The translations under genes and the position numbers were made by a program. From Candidatus Poribacteria bacterium (lineage in GTDB: Bacteria > Poribacteria > WGA-4E > WGA-3G), in contig JAAXHL010000056.1 of assembly GCA_012270865.1 (NCBI GenBank), positions 26,292 through 90,291 on the forward strand: 64,000 nt of DNA, written 5' to 3'. The notes beneath the pieces were generated by a model. That model saw nothing but the letters and a program-made list of their open reading frames with translations, was not told the origin of the DNA and searched no databases. Every line of letters starts with the position of its first letter. The stretch's first letter is position 1. Below are positions 18,765 to 27,320 of the stretch, piece after piece.

Positions 18765-19724
18765 CTACGAGTGTTGGGCATTGCAAAGGAGATTACCCGC
18801 CTGTTCGCATGCGACCTGTTCTAACTGCACGGTGGTATGACTGATGCCGAAATGTTCATGTAACTCAGCGTTGATCTGTTTAAGAATCCGATCGGGTTCT
18901 AAGGTCGTGTTTTCGTCAACGACGATATGCGCGCTCAACGCAGAATAGTTAGAACACAGCGACCAGATATGTAGGTCGTGGACATCCTTGACGGGTTCTA
19001 AGTTGCAGAGGTGTTCGGCAACGGTATGTGCGTCGGCGTTCTTCGGTGAATTTTCGAGTAAGATATGTACCGCCTCTTTTGTTATGTTCACGGCACCGAA
19101 AAGAATAATCCCACCGATAAGGAAACTCAAGATCGCGTCAATCGGGTACCAGCTTGTCCAAAAGATGATTACACCACCGACGAGGACAGCGACGGAGGAG
19201 AGGGTATCGCCAATGACATGGAGCATCGCGCTTCGGACGTTGAGGTTCCCGTGCCCCTCGCCGTGCAGTTTCCATAGGATGAGCAGATTCCCCAGAAAAC
19301 CGAGACACGCCACGATAAACATCCCTGTCACTTTTATCTCTGTCGGCGACATGTAACGCTGATAGGCTTCGTAGAAAATCCAACCGGAGATTGCAATGAG
19401 GGATACGCCGTTCACAAGAGCGGCGAAGACCTCGGCACGATGATAGCCGTAGGTCCGGGAAGATGTCGCAGGACGGGTGGAGAGATAGATCGCCAGCCAG
19501 CTGATGAGCAGCGAAGCGACATCGGACAGGACGTGTGCTGCGTCGCTGAGCAATGCAAGGCTACCCGACCATAAACCACCAATCAGTTCGCCGAGGAAGA
19601 TGCAGAACGTGACAAGCACAGCGAACTTGAATTTCTTCTGCAGGTGCGTCTGATGGCTATGCGTGCCCGCTCCACCGTGATGATCGTGATGATCGTGATG
19701 ATGGTCGTGGCTGTGATTGTGCAA
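18765..19724 (-). CDS. cation diffusion facilitator family metal transporter (CzcD/ZitB-like)
   Basis: 319 aa. His-rich N-terminus, six TM segments, HVLSD and HVIGD (HxxxD) motifs. TTG start. Confidence 0.9.
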   Translation of the reverse strand: MHNHSHDHHHDHHDHHGGAGTHSHQTHLQKKFKFAVLVTFCIFLGELIGGLWSGSLALLSDAAHVLSDVASLLISWLAIYLSTRPATSSRTYGYHRAEVFAALVNGVSLIAISGWIFYEAYQRYMSPTEIKVTGMFIVACLGFLGNLLILWKLHGEGHGNLNVRSAMLHVIGDTLSSVAVLVGGVIIFWTSWYPIDAILSFLIGGIILFGAVNITKEAVHILLENSPKNADAHTVAEHLCNLEPVKDVHDLHIWSLCSNYSALSAHIVVDENTTLEPDRILKQINAELHEHFGISHTTVQLEQVACEQAGNLLCNAQHS

Positions 19725-19756
19725 AACGTTTCCCTTTACATAGAAGCCGACCGGAT

Positions 19757-20098
19757 TTAGGTTGAGGCGGTAGACGTGCTCTTTGATTCGCTACTACTGG
19801 TATCGGTTTTCTTCTCTTTTTTCTTGTTCGTGTCTGAAGACGTACTTTTGTCCGATGAACTTTTGTCCGATGAACCGCTTTTGTCTTTGTCTTTTTTCGC
19901 AGATTCCTTGTAGCCTTCGCTTCGGTAGTCGGTAATATAGAATCCGGAGCCTTTGAAAATCAGCCCCGCACCTGCACTGATGAGACGTTTCACTTTGCCA
20001 CTGCACTCCGGACACTCTTCAATCGGTGGTGCTGTGATGCCTTGAAACTTCTCAAATTGGGTATCACAGTCGAGACATTTATACTCATAAGTGGGCAT
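19757..20098 (-). CDS. FmdB-family zinc-ribbon protein with Ser/Lys-rich tail
   Basis: The internal ATG at 20098 gives the canonical MPTYEYKCLDCDTQFE...CPECSG start. The track ORF extends further upstream without support. Confidence 0.8.
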   Translation of the reverse strand: MPTYEYKCLDCDTQFEKFQGITAPPIEECPECSGKVKRLISAGAGLIFKGSGFYITDYRSEGYKESAKKDKDKSGSSDKSSSDKSTSSDTNKKKEKKTDTSSSESKSTSTAST

Positions 20099-20207
20099 AC
20101 TGCGTTTTCCTGTTCTTCGATGAATTTTGCAGACAGAAAATCGCCGCTCTGGACGATTTCTGTGTTGAAATAAAAAGTTGATTGATAAAAAGGCTATATT
20201 CTGATAA

Positions 20208-20236
20208 ATTTTAACTGTTCCGTGTGTAAAAGTCAA
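20208..20236 (-). promoter_or_regulatory. sigma70-type promoter of the fmdB-like gene
   Basis: On the minus strand: TTGACT, 17 nt, TAAAAT. Confidence 0.5.
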
Positions 20237-20406
20237 GCCTATTTTGTAATTAACCAGCGTCATTCAGTTTCCCGATCAGGGCTGCTTTTAGGTTTTATAT
20301 ACCGCTTGTAGGTATGATCTCTGAATTGAGACTTCTTTGGCAAAATCGGCAAAAGTTGAAAACCTAATGATCCTGTCTATCAACCGTTACATTCCACGAG
20401 GTTTAT

Positions 20407-21747
20407 ATGCTAAACGTTTTTCTAATTGCATCTGTTATACTACTAATCATTTCTATTTACTTGACAATCTTAACCATCAAGCAGCGTCAAAATCTACTCC
20501 GATTTAAAGGCATTATCGATATCGAAATAGAGCAAAAAAAGATACAATCAAGGTTTGAGACAGAAACGGAGGAACTGCAGAGAACAACGGAGGAACTGCA
20601 GAGAACAGTGAAGAAGTTACAAAACAATAAAATGGACATTGAGAACTCCCTTGTATCGTTGAAAAAGCAGTTGACTCCTCTCAAGGAGGAAGTCAATATC
20701 CAAAGTTATGGATTATATCAACCTAAATATGATCTTGGGTTTTCAACCGAGTTGAAAGAAGAACTCGACAGAATCCGTAAGAAGCAAAAGACAATGATCC
20801 GAGAAAAAACCGCTATTGTTTGCTCTACAAATTGGACTGTTGATAATAGTAGAGCCGAAGGGAAGAAAATGACCAATAGACAGATTCAATTAATGGCACG
20901 CGCATTCAATGGTGAATGCGATTCAATAATCCCTAAGATACGCTACAATAATTATGATAGCATCGTAAATCGGATGACAAGCACCTACGATGCTATTAAC
21001 AAACTTGGAGAGCCACACGCTTGCAAAATACAAAAATCCTATTTCAATTTGAAAATTGACGAACTTGTGGTCGTTCATCAATATCAGGAACAACTTCAAT
21101 TTGAGAAAGAAGAAAAGCGTCGAATTAACGAGCAAATCCGAGACGAACAACGGGCACAACGCGAAATGGAAAAAGCGCGAGAACAAGCTGAAAAAGAGGA
21201 GGCACGATACCAAAACGCTTTAGAAAAGGCGCGTCAAGAAGTAGAACAAGCAACCGGTAAAAAGCAAGAAAAACTTCAGGCGGAAATTGAGCGACTCAAC
21301 GAATTACTATTGGAAGTGGAGGCAAATAAGGAAAGAGCAATATCGCGAGCACAGATGACCCGCTCTGGATATGTGTATATTATCTCCAATATTGGGTCAT
21401 TTGGTGAGAACGTATATAAAATAGGCATGACCCGGCGATTAGAACCTACTGATCGAGTTAGGGAGCTTGGAGATGCTTCTGTTCCATTCCCTTTTGACAT
21501 ACATGCGATGATTTATTCAAAAGACGCACCGACACTTGAAAATGAGTTACATAGACTTCTTGAAACACGGAGCGTCAATCGAATCAACACGCGCAAAGAA
21601 TTTTTCAACGTTACCATTGAAGAAATTGAGACAATTGTAAAAAATCATAATGCAGATGTCAATTTTATTAGGATACCTCGCGCTGAACAATTTAGACAAA
21701 CACAGGCAATTGTAGCACGAGAAGAACATAAAGACACTGATACATAA
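20407..21747 (+). CDS. DUF4041-like coiled-coil protein with C-terminal T5orf172/MUG113 (GIY-YIG-like) domain
   Basis: 446 aa. N-terminal TM, long coiled coil, C-terminal GYVYIISNIGSFGENVYKIGMTRRLEPTDRVRELGDASVPFPFD...NTRKEFF. Looks AT-rich by eye. Confidence 0.8.
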   Translation: MLNVFLIASVILLIISIYLTILTIKQRQNLLRFKGIIDIEIEQKKIQSRFETETEELQRTTEELQRTVKKLQNNKMDIENSLVSLKKQLTPLKEEVNIQSYGLYQPKYDLGFSTELKEELDRIRKKQKTMIREKTAIVCSTNWTVDNSRAEGKKMTNRQIQLMARAFNGECDSIIPKIRYNNYDSIVNRMTSTYDAINKLGEPHACKIQKSYFNLKIDELVVVHQYQEQLQFEKEEKRRINEQIRDEQRAQREMEKAREQAEKEEARYQNALEKARQEVEQATGKKQEKLQAEIERLNELLLEVEANKERAISRAQMTRSGYVYIISNIGSFGENVYKIGMTRRLEPTDRVRELGDASVPFPFDIHAMIYSKDAPTLENELHRLLETRSVNRINTRKEFFNVTIEEIETIVKNHNADVNFIRIPRAEQFRQTQAIVAREEHKDTDT

Positions 21748-21764
21748 GATTTCATTTTAAGCCC

Positions 21765-21846
21765 CTATAAACATATCGTCCCTACGGGACTAAAAAGGGG
21801 TGTTAATGACGTATTTCTATAGACATATCGTCCCTACGGGACTAAA
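21765..21846 (+). repeat. two copies of a 30-bp hairpin repeat (GTCCC-TAC-GGGAC)
   Basis: ctata[a/g]acatatcgtccctacgggactaaa at 21765-21794 and 21817-21846. Confidence 0.85.
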
Positions 21847-21997
21847 GATCGCATCCATATATGAGAATTACAGACAAAACCTTATTCGTATGTGAATCAA
21901 TATTTTACAAATAGTTATTTAGCACAACTCGTAAATCTAATAACTGATAACCGAAAAATACTGACAACTGAACACTGATACATAATCGGAGTTTTTT

Positions 21998-23356
21998 ATG
22001 TTGCGTTTCCCGATTGATGCTGAGGGTTTTCCACTCGGTAAGGGACCGATGGTCATGCTGGTGCTCTTCCTGATCTCTACGCTTTTTATCTTCGGTCATT
22101 CTGAGGAACAAGGCGAGGATGTAGAGTTTTGGATTTTCGCGAACACGCACTATGAAGAGTATCAGGCACGCGTGCCGATTTTCGAGGCGCAGAACCCAGG
22201 GGTCAACGTCCGACTCATCAATTTCGGTGGCACGATGCACGACAAACTTCTCGCTGCGATGCTGTCCAACTTCGGTGCCCCGGACCTCGTTGAAGTGGAG
22301 ATTACATCTATCGGTCGATTCCTGAAAGGTGCGATTGACGAAATCGGATTTGTCGATCTGCGTCAGCGTTTAGAGGACGAAGGTTGGATGGATAAGTTGG
22401 TGGTCAGTCGGTTCACACCGTGGTCGTACCGCGGTCGGATTTACGGCATCCCGCACGACTTACATCCCGTTGTTCTCCTGTATCGGGACGACCTCTTTAA
22501 AGCGGCAGGTGTCGAGATGACGGCGGTCGAAACGTGGGACGACTTCATCGCTGCTGGGAAAAAAGCGACGCGTGATCTTGATGGCGACGGTAAAATCGAT
22601 CAGTACGCGATTGTGTTAGATCGGCGCACAGAGAGTGACTATTTTAGCCTGCTCCTCCAACAAGGTGGCGGGTTTTTTGACGAGGCCGGCAACGTCATTA
22701 TTGATAGCGAACTCGCAATTGAGACGTTAGAATTTTTCACGGCGTTGTTCAACGAACACGAAATCGCGACACCGGTGTACGGCACATGGCACGGCGATCC
22801 GAGCAATTTCGCAGCGATGCAGGACGGCAAAATCCTCTCTATTCTTGCACCGGATTGGTATGTCGGTATCCTGAAAAGTCAGGTCCCGCAGATGTCCGGG
22901 AAATGGAAGGCGATCGGTATGCCAGCGTGGCAACCGGGGGGTAGACGGACGACAACGCGCGGCGGCACGATGATCGGAATTACAAAGCAGTGCGAGAACC
23001 CTGACCGCGCATGGGAACTCCTCAAATTTACCTATTTTGATAGACCGGGTTTAGTCAACCGATATGAGACGACACGGATCATACCACCCCTCAAAGCCGC
23101 ATGGGACGCTCCTATCTTTAAGGAACCCGATGTCTATTTGGGCGGTCAACGGCTTGGGGAGTTGTTTATAGAACTGGCACCGGATCTACCGGCGCGTTAT
23201 CAGAACCCGTACTGGTCAGAGGCAGCGGACCTCCTCAACGATGCGATCTTCGCTGCAGTGACAGAAAAACAGACACCGAGAGAAGCGTTGACAGAACTCG
23301 CCAAAAAGGTCCGTACACTCATTGCCAAAGATATGAACAGATGGGGCGAAATGTAA
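21998..23356 (+). CDS. ABC transporter sugar-binding protein (extracellular solute-binding family 1)
   Basis: 452 aa. N-terminal hydrophobic signal, SBP_bac_1-like layout, followed by a MalF-type permease. Confidence 0.85.
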   Translation: MLRFPIDAEGFPLGKGPMVMLVLFLISTLFIFGHSEEQGEDVEFWIFANTHYEEYQARVPIFEAQNPGVNVRLINFGGTMHDKLLAAMLSNFGAPDLVEVEITSIGRFLKGAIDEIGFVDLRQRLEDEGWMDKLVVSRFTPWSYRGRIYGIPHDLHPVVLLYRDDLFKAAGVEMTAVETWDDFIAAGKKATRDLDGDGKIDQYAIVLDRRTESDYFSLLLQQGGGFFDEAGNVIIDSELAIETLEFFTALFNEHEIATPVYGTWHGDPSNFAAMQDGKILSILAPDWYVGILKSQVPQMSGKWKAIGMPAWQPGGRRTTTRGGTMIGITKQCENPDRAWELLKFTYFDRPGLVNRYETTRIIPPLKAAWDAPIFKEPDVYLGGQRLGELFIELAPDLPARYQNPYWSEAADLLNDAIFAAVTEKQTPREALTELAKKVRTLIAKDMNRWGEM

Positions 23357-23360
23357 TTCT

Positions 23361-23434
23361 GTGGGAGTGAGATATACGGAGACGCATGTGAAAACAAAAA
23401 CGCATTCTAACGAACCGCAAGGTATAATTAAAAA
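23361..23434 (+). repeat. start-proximal leader repeat, copy A
   Basis: gtgggagtgagatatacggagacgcatgtgaaaac...ctaacgaaccgcaaggtataattaaaaa. Same family as 44014..44127, 50282..50465 and 63437..63680. Confidence 0.7.
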
Positions 23435-23453
23435 TTGGAACCGGCAGCAGAAG

Positions 23454-24305
23454 ATGGCACCTTATCTCTTTATTGCACCGTTTTACCTGCTCTTCGTCGT
23501 CTTTATGGGGTATCCACTCATTTCGTCCCTTGTGATGAGCCTCTATGAGATGCGCGGATTCCAAAGCCGGATATTCGTCGGTCCCGATAACTTCACCGAT
23601 CTATTCGGCGACCCGATCTTCTGGAAATCGCTTCGGAATACGGCATATTTCGCCATAGGCACGCTCACCCTCCAGTTACCGATTGCCCTATTCTTGGCGA
23701 TCCTGCTGAACTCCAAGTTCGTCAAAGGCAAAAATTTCCTGCGACTCGCCTTTTTTGCACCGGTACTCGTCGCCGGTGTCTTCGTCGCGATTATTTTTAA
23801 TCTCGTCTACGACCAACGTGCAGGCTTAGTCAACCAAGAATTTATTCTCTTTGGCAAGGAGATCGGTTGGCTGAACGAGGAGAAGTACGTGATGCCAGCA
23901 GTTATTCTGACAGGCGTTTGGCAGTGGGCGGGTTTTAATATGATCTATTTTTTGGCGGGTCTACAAGGCATCCGACAGGAGTTATATGAGGCAGCAGCGG
24001 TTGACGGTGCGAACTGGTGGCAAGCGTTTATCCATGTCACACTTCCGTCGTTGCGTCCGGTAATCGCATTTGTATTCGTTGTGTCAATGATCGGTTCGCT
24101 CCAACTCTTCGATCTACCGTACATCTTGACAAACGGTGGCGAACCTGCAGATGCCGGTTCGACGATTGTGATGTATCTCTATAAAAACGGTTTCCAATTC
24201 ATGCGCCTCGGTTATGCAGCGACAATCGGTTGGGTGCTGTTTTTCATTATCGCTATCGTCTCAATCGTCCAGTTGAAATTACTCGGTATCTTCCAAGAAG
24301 AATAG
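23454..24305 (+). CDS. sugar ABC transporter permease (MalF/UgpA-like)
   Basis: The track ORF starts at GTG 23361 inside the repeat. The ATG at 23454 gives MAPYLFIAPFYLLFVVF, a typical permease N-terminus. EAA loop YEAAAVDGANWWQAFIHVTLP. Confidence 0.85.
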   Translation: MAPYLFIAPFYLLFVVFMGYPLISSLVMSLYEMRGFQSRIFVGPDNFTDLFGDPIFWKSLRNTAYFAIGTLTLQLPIALFLAILLNSKFVKGKNFLRLAFFAPVLVAGVFVAIIFNLVYDQRAGLVNQEFILFGKEIGWLNEEKYVMPAVILTGVWQWAGFNMIYFLAGLQGIRQELYEAAAVDGANWWQAFIHVTLPSLRPVIAFVFVVSMIGSLQLFDLPYILTNGGEPADAGSTIVMYLYKNGFQFMRLGYAATIGWVLFFIIAIVSIVQLKLLGIFQEE

Positions 24306-24314
24306 CATAGTATC

Positions 24315-24333
24315 GGGCGAGGAGACCTCGCCC
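24315..24333. repeat. REP-like palindrome GGGCGAGG-AG-ACCTCGCCC
   Basis: Perfect 8/9-bp stem directly after the permease stop codon. A near-identical palindrome lies at 51832..51850. Confidence 0.8.
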
Positions 24334-24391
24334 CTACGACCAACAACCCTAAAATTCAAACGTAGGTGGAAAAATAGAAATTGAAGCGTCC

Positions 24392-24620
24392 TGTAGGTTG
24401 GGTTGAACGGAAACCTACTAAAAAATCGCACGTAGCACAGAGTTTTCAAGGAACCGAGAAACCTGAAATCACCAAAAACCGAGTGAAACCCAACGCATCA
24501 TGATACAGTTTGGGATGTTGGGTTTCGCTACACCTATCTACCCCAACGGTTCATTGAAGAACGCAACGCTGTGTATAGTGAAATGCACTTATGGCTTTGC
24601 CGCTCAACCCAACCTACGGG
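24392..24620 (+). repeat. ~230-bp nested-palindrome (MITE-like) element, copy 1
   Basis: Outer arms TGTAGGTTGGGTTGAACGG / GCTCAACCCAACCTACGGG, inner arms GAGTGAAACCCAAC / GTTGGGTTTCGCTAC. A second copy lies at 58560..58807. Confidence 0.85.
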
Positions 24621-24695
24621 AACTATATTTGGAATTTAATTATCAAACTCACGTTAAAATTCAAAGTTGACAAAACAATACGGGAAGGAAAGACT

Positions 24696-25403
24696 TTGCA
24701 AATACTACCGGCAATTGATCTTCGTGACGGAAAATGTGTGAACTTAGTGCAGGGTATCGCGACACAGGAGACAGTTTTCTCGGACGCACCTGTAGAGATG
24801 GCTCGTCGGTGGCAAGCCGAAGGTGCGGAATACTTGCACCTTGTAGACTTAGACGGCGCGTTTCAAGGTGAATCGGCGAACCTCCATATCGTCCGTGAGA
24901 TAGTCTCCGCGCTCGATATACCTGTTCAGTTGGGTGGCGGTATCCGAAGTATGGAACAACTGGAATCGGTTTTAACGTTAGGTGTGGACCGTGCCATTTT
25001 AGGGACAGTCGCCCTCAAACAGCCAGATTTAGTGAAGCAGGCGTGTGCCAAGCATGGCAAGCGTATCGCTGTCGGCATCGACGCGCGGGACGGAATGGTC
25101 GCGACAGACGGTTGGTTGGAGGTGTCCCAGAAGTCCGCTGTCGAATTCGCACAGGAATTGACAGACGTGCAGACGCTCATCTACACCGACATTAAAAGCG
25201 ATGGGATGCTCAAAGGACCGAACGTTGACGCAACCGCTGCGATTATTGAGGCAGTCTCTGCCGATGTGATTGCGTCGGGGGGCGTGACATCGCTTTCTGA
25301 TGTCGCTGCGTTGAAACGGATCGGTGCCAGTGGTGCAATTATAGGACGCGCTTTGTATACCAGGGATCTCGCACTTCAAGATGCAATTGTCACTGCCCAT
25401 TAA
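24696..25403 (+). CDS. hisA: ProFAR isomerase (histidine biosynthesis)
   Basis: The TTG at 24696, behind GGAAGGAAAG, gives LQILPAIDLRDGKCVNLVQG, a typical HisA start. The track ATG at 24591 lies inside the repeat element. Confidence 0.88.
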   Translation: MQILPAIDLRDGKCVNLVQGIATQETVFSDAPVEMARRWQAEGAEYLHLVDLDGAFQGESANLHIVREIVSALDIPVQLGGGIRSMEQLESVLTLGVDRAILGTVALKQPDLVKQACAKHGKRIAVGIDARDGMVATDGWLEVSQKSAVEFAQELTDVQTLIYTDIKSDGMLKGPNVDATAAIIEAVSADVIASGGVTSLSDVAALKRIGASGAIIGRALYTRDLALQDAIVTAH

Positions 25404-25418
25404 AAAACAAAACAAGAC

Positions 25419-25448
25419 TTGCCTAAACATAGAGCAATATGGTATACT
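25419..25448 (+). promoter_or_regulatory. sigma70-type promoter
   Basis: TTGCCT, 18 nt, TATACT, upstream of the ATG at 25482. Confidence 0.45.
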
Positions 25449-25481
25449 TATGTTAACTCTAATTATGGAGGTGCTGCCATT

Positions 25482-25922
25482 ATGAGGATCATATTGGTGT
25501 TATGTGTTCTCAGTCTTGCACTTTTTGTGCAGACAGCACTAGCTCAAGATAATCCCGTCGAACAAGAAGCACGGTTCACGAAAATTGAAGTAACCTTAAA
25601 ACATTTGAATGAAACCATCGGTAGCATAGATGCGCGGTTAGATAATATCTTATTCGCGATCATGGGTTTGTTTGCCGCCTTCTTTATCCCGATCTTTATT
25701 TTACTCCTGCAAATTAAAACGCAACTCAGAGACCTTGTGAATGATACGAGTAACCTAAAGGATAAAGTGAATGGACTTGAAGAACAGATGGTGGAAAACC
25801 GAAAAGAACTTATGAAACACACAACCGACCTATCAATAACAACGCATAAGCAGCTCAATCAAATTCGGGAAGCACTTGCTGTACAATTGGGAATTGTGCT
25901 TGAACCTGAAGATGAAATTTGA
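25482..25922 (+). CDS. hypothetical secreted/membrane coiled-coil protein
   Basis: The ATG at 25482, behind GGAGGTG, gives the signal peptide MRIILVLCVLSLALFVQTALA. One central TM helix. Confidence 0.65.
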   Translation: MRIILVLCVLSLALFVQTALAQDNPVEQEARFTKIEVTLKHLNETIGSIDARLDNILFAIMGLFAAFFIPIFILLLQIKTQLRDLVNDTSNLKDKVNGLEEQMVENRKELMKHTTDLSITTHKQLNQIREALAVQLGIVLEPEDEI

Positions 25923-25931
25923 TAAAAATGC

Positions 25932-27092
25932 TCACGCTATGCCAGTCACGACACCGAACCCGATTCGGGATCCCATCTTCTTCACTTCAAACCGAGTGCC
26001 TACCTCCATCGCTAACGGCAAGTCAAGTGTAACGGTAACATGCGCATAATCCCCGGGTGTAATCAGGGACAGTCCTTCGGGAAGCTTTAGGTGCGCCGGT
26101 ATATCAACACTCCAGAGACGGATGTCGGGTCTATCGTTCTCAATCAACGGGATATGCGTGCCACTCTCTTCCTGTGTCAGTAGATAGACGAGCGCGGTAA
26201 ATTCGGAGTGCGCTTTGATTGTTTTCGGTGGACAAAGCACCTGTCCAACAGACAACCAATCGGGTTCAGACGCAACGGACACTTCATCACCCTTTGTGCT
26301 GAGAACGCGTGTCTTGATCCTATCGCCTTTACCGACAATATCCACCGCTTGACCGACAGCGAGATGCCCTTGGACAACCTCACCACGGACAGATACCGTA
26401 TCCTTTGTTTCTTCGACGATTTCATGAATCGGCATAATGACTGGTAAATTTGCGGTGTCTATAGGTGCTGGCATTGTGCGGTTCATCGCGAAGACCAGAT
26501 CAACGATCGGTTGCCACTGTGCTGAGGTGACGCTGCTGCCTCTGTAGTCTAACGCCTTAAGAGCATCGCCGATAGTTATGGGTGTCGTCTCTTCTTCCCA
26601 TCCATACTCACTGAGTAACTCGCGCATCTCCTGTTCGCAGATGTCTAACAGTTCATCGTCTGTTGAAATACCACCTGTATTCAGAAAGGGGAGGACTATC
26701 GGGAGGTGCATCTGGTGTGCAAGGCGGAGGTGAGCTTGCGAATCCGGCGTAACACCCTCGACAGCATTCACGACCCAAATCGCGCCTTGAATTGCGGGAG
26801 AACCGCTGATTAGCATTTTGATACCATCAAGGTGTGTTTCGCAGTCGATGTGTGTATACAGTTTACCGCTGGTTTCATAAGCGATTGAGCGGTAGGTGAT
26901 GCCAACGCCTTCTCGGATTGGGTGATGGATTGGCGTTTGTGCTTCAAAGTCGCCATCGTCATCGGTGTGAATCGCTCCGATCCTCGCGACGACTTTCGCT
27001 ATTGCTGCGGTCAATGTCGTTTTGCCGTGTCCATCAGCACCGAGGGTGCAAATCGGTAGCCGCCGATGCGTGTTTCCTTTTTTCTCTGTCAT
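25932..27092 (-). CDS. EF-Tu-like three-domain protein with degenerate GTPase motifs
   Basis: Aligns by eye along the full length of EF-Tu (GADGHGKTTLTAAIAKV; ...GFGVVTGI end). G3 is DCPGH->DCETH and G4 is NKCD->NTGG. The start at MTEKKGNTHRR matches the position of the EF-Tu N-terminus. Confidence 0.8.
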   Translation of the reverse strand: MTEKKGNTHRRLPICTLGADGHGKTTLTAAIAKVVARIGAIHTDDDGDFEAQTPIHHPIREGVGITYRSIAYETSGKLYTHIDCETHLDGIKMLISGSPAIQGAIWVVNAVEGVTPDSQAHLRLAHQMHLPIVLPFLNTGGISTDDELLDICEQEMRELLSEYGWEEETTPITIGDALKALDYRGSSVTSAQWQPIVDLVFAMNRTMPAPIDTANLPVIMPIHEIVEETKDTVSVRGEVVQGHLAVGQAVDIVGKGDRIKTRVLSTKGDEVSVASEPDWLSVGQVLCPPKTIKAHSEFTALVYLLTQEESGTHIPLIENDRPDIRLWSVDIPAHLKLPEGLSLITPGDYAHVTVTLDLPLAMEVGTRFEVKKMGSRIGFGVVTGIA

Positions 27093-27204
27093 CTTTTTCT
27101 TCTCTCCTGATCCGGTATAATCTGTATCTTGCAAGTTCAGTTCTATTATATCAGAAAATCAGGATTTAAGCAACGCTCTGATTTGTTCTCAACGGCATAA
27201 AATA

Positions 27205-27234
27205 TTGCCAATTTTCGGGATAGTGTGATATACT
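27205..27234 (+). promoter_or_regulatory. sigma70-type promoter
   Basis: TTGCCA, 18 nt (ending in TG), TATACT, upstream of 27321. Confidence 0.45.
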
Positions 27235-27320
27235 TTACTGACTTCTGATATTCTTAGTCTTCAACAAGAAGAACGTCAGATTATCTATACCAATGTATTT
27301 GCCACAATAGAAGTTTGTCA

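Noticed and set aside
24591-24695. ATG at 24591 as the hisA start (270-aa form).
   Set aside because: The extra 35 codons translate the right arm of the MITE-like element (..LNPTYG..). A TTG at 24696 with a GGAAGGAAAG SD gives a canonical HisA N-terminus.
25932-27134. That the EF-Tu-like gene is SelB, serving the putative selenoprotein.
   Set aside because: It lacks the C-terminal winged-helix SECIS-binding extension of SelB, and its G3 and G4 motifs are degenerate, whereas SelB is an active GTPase.
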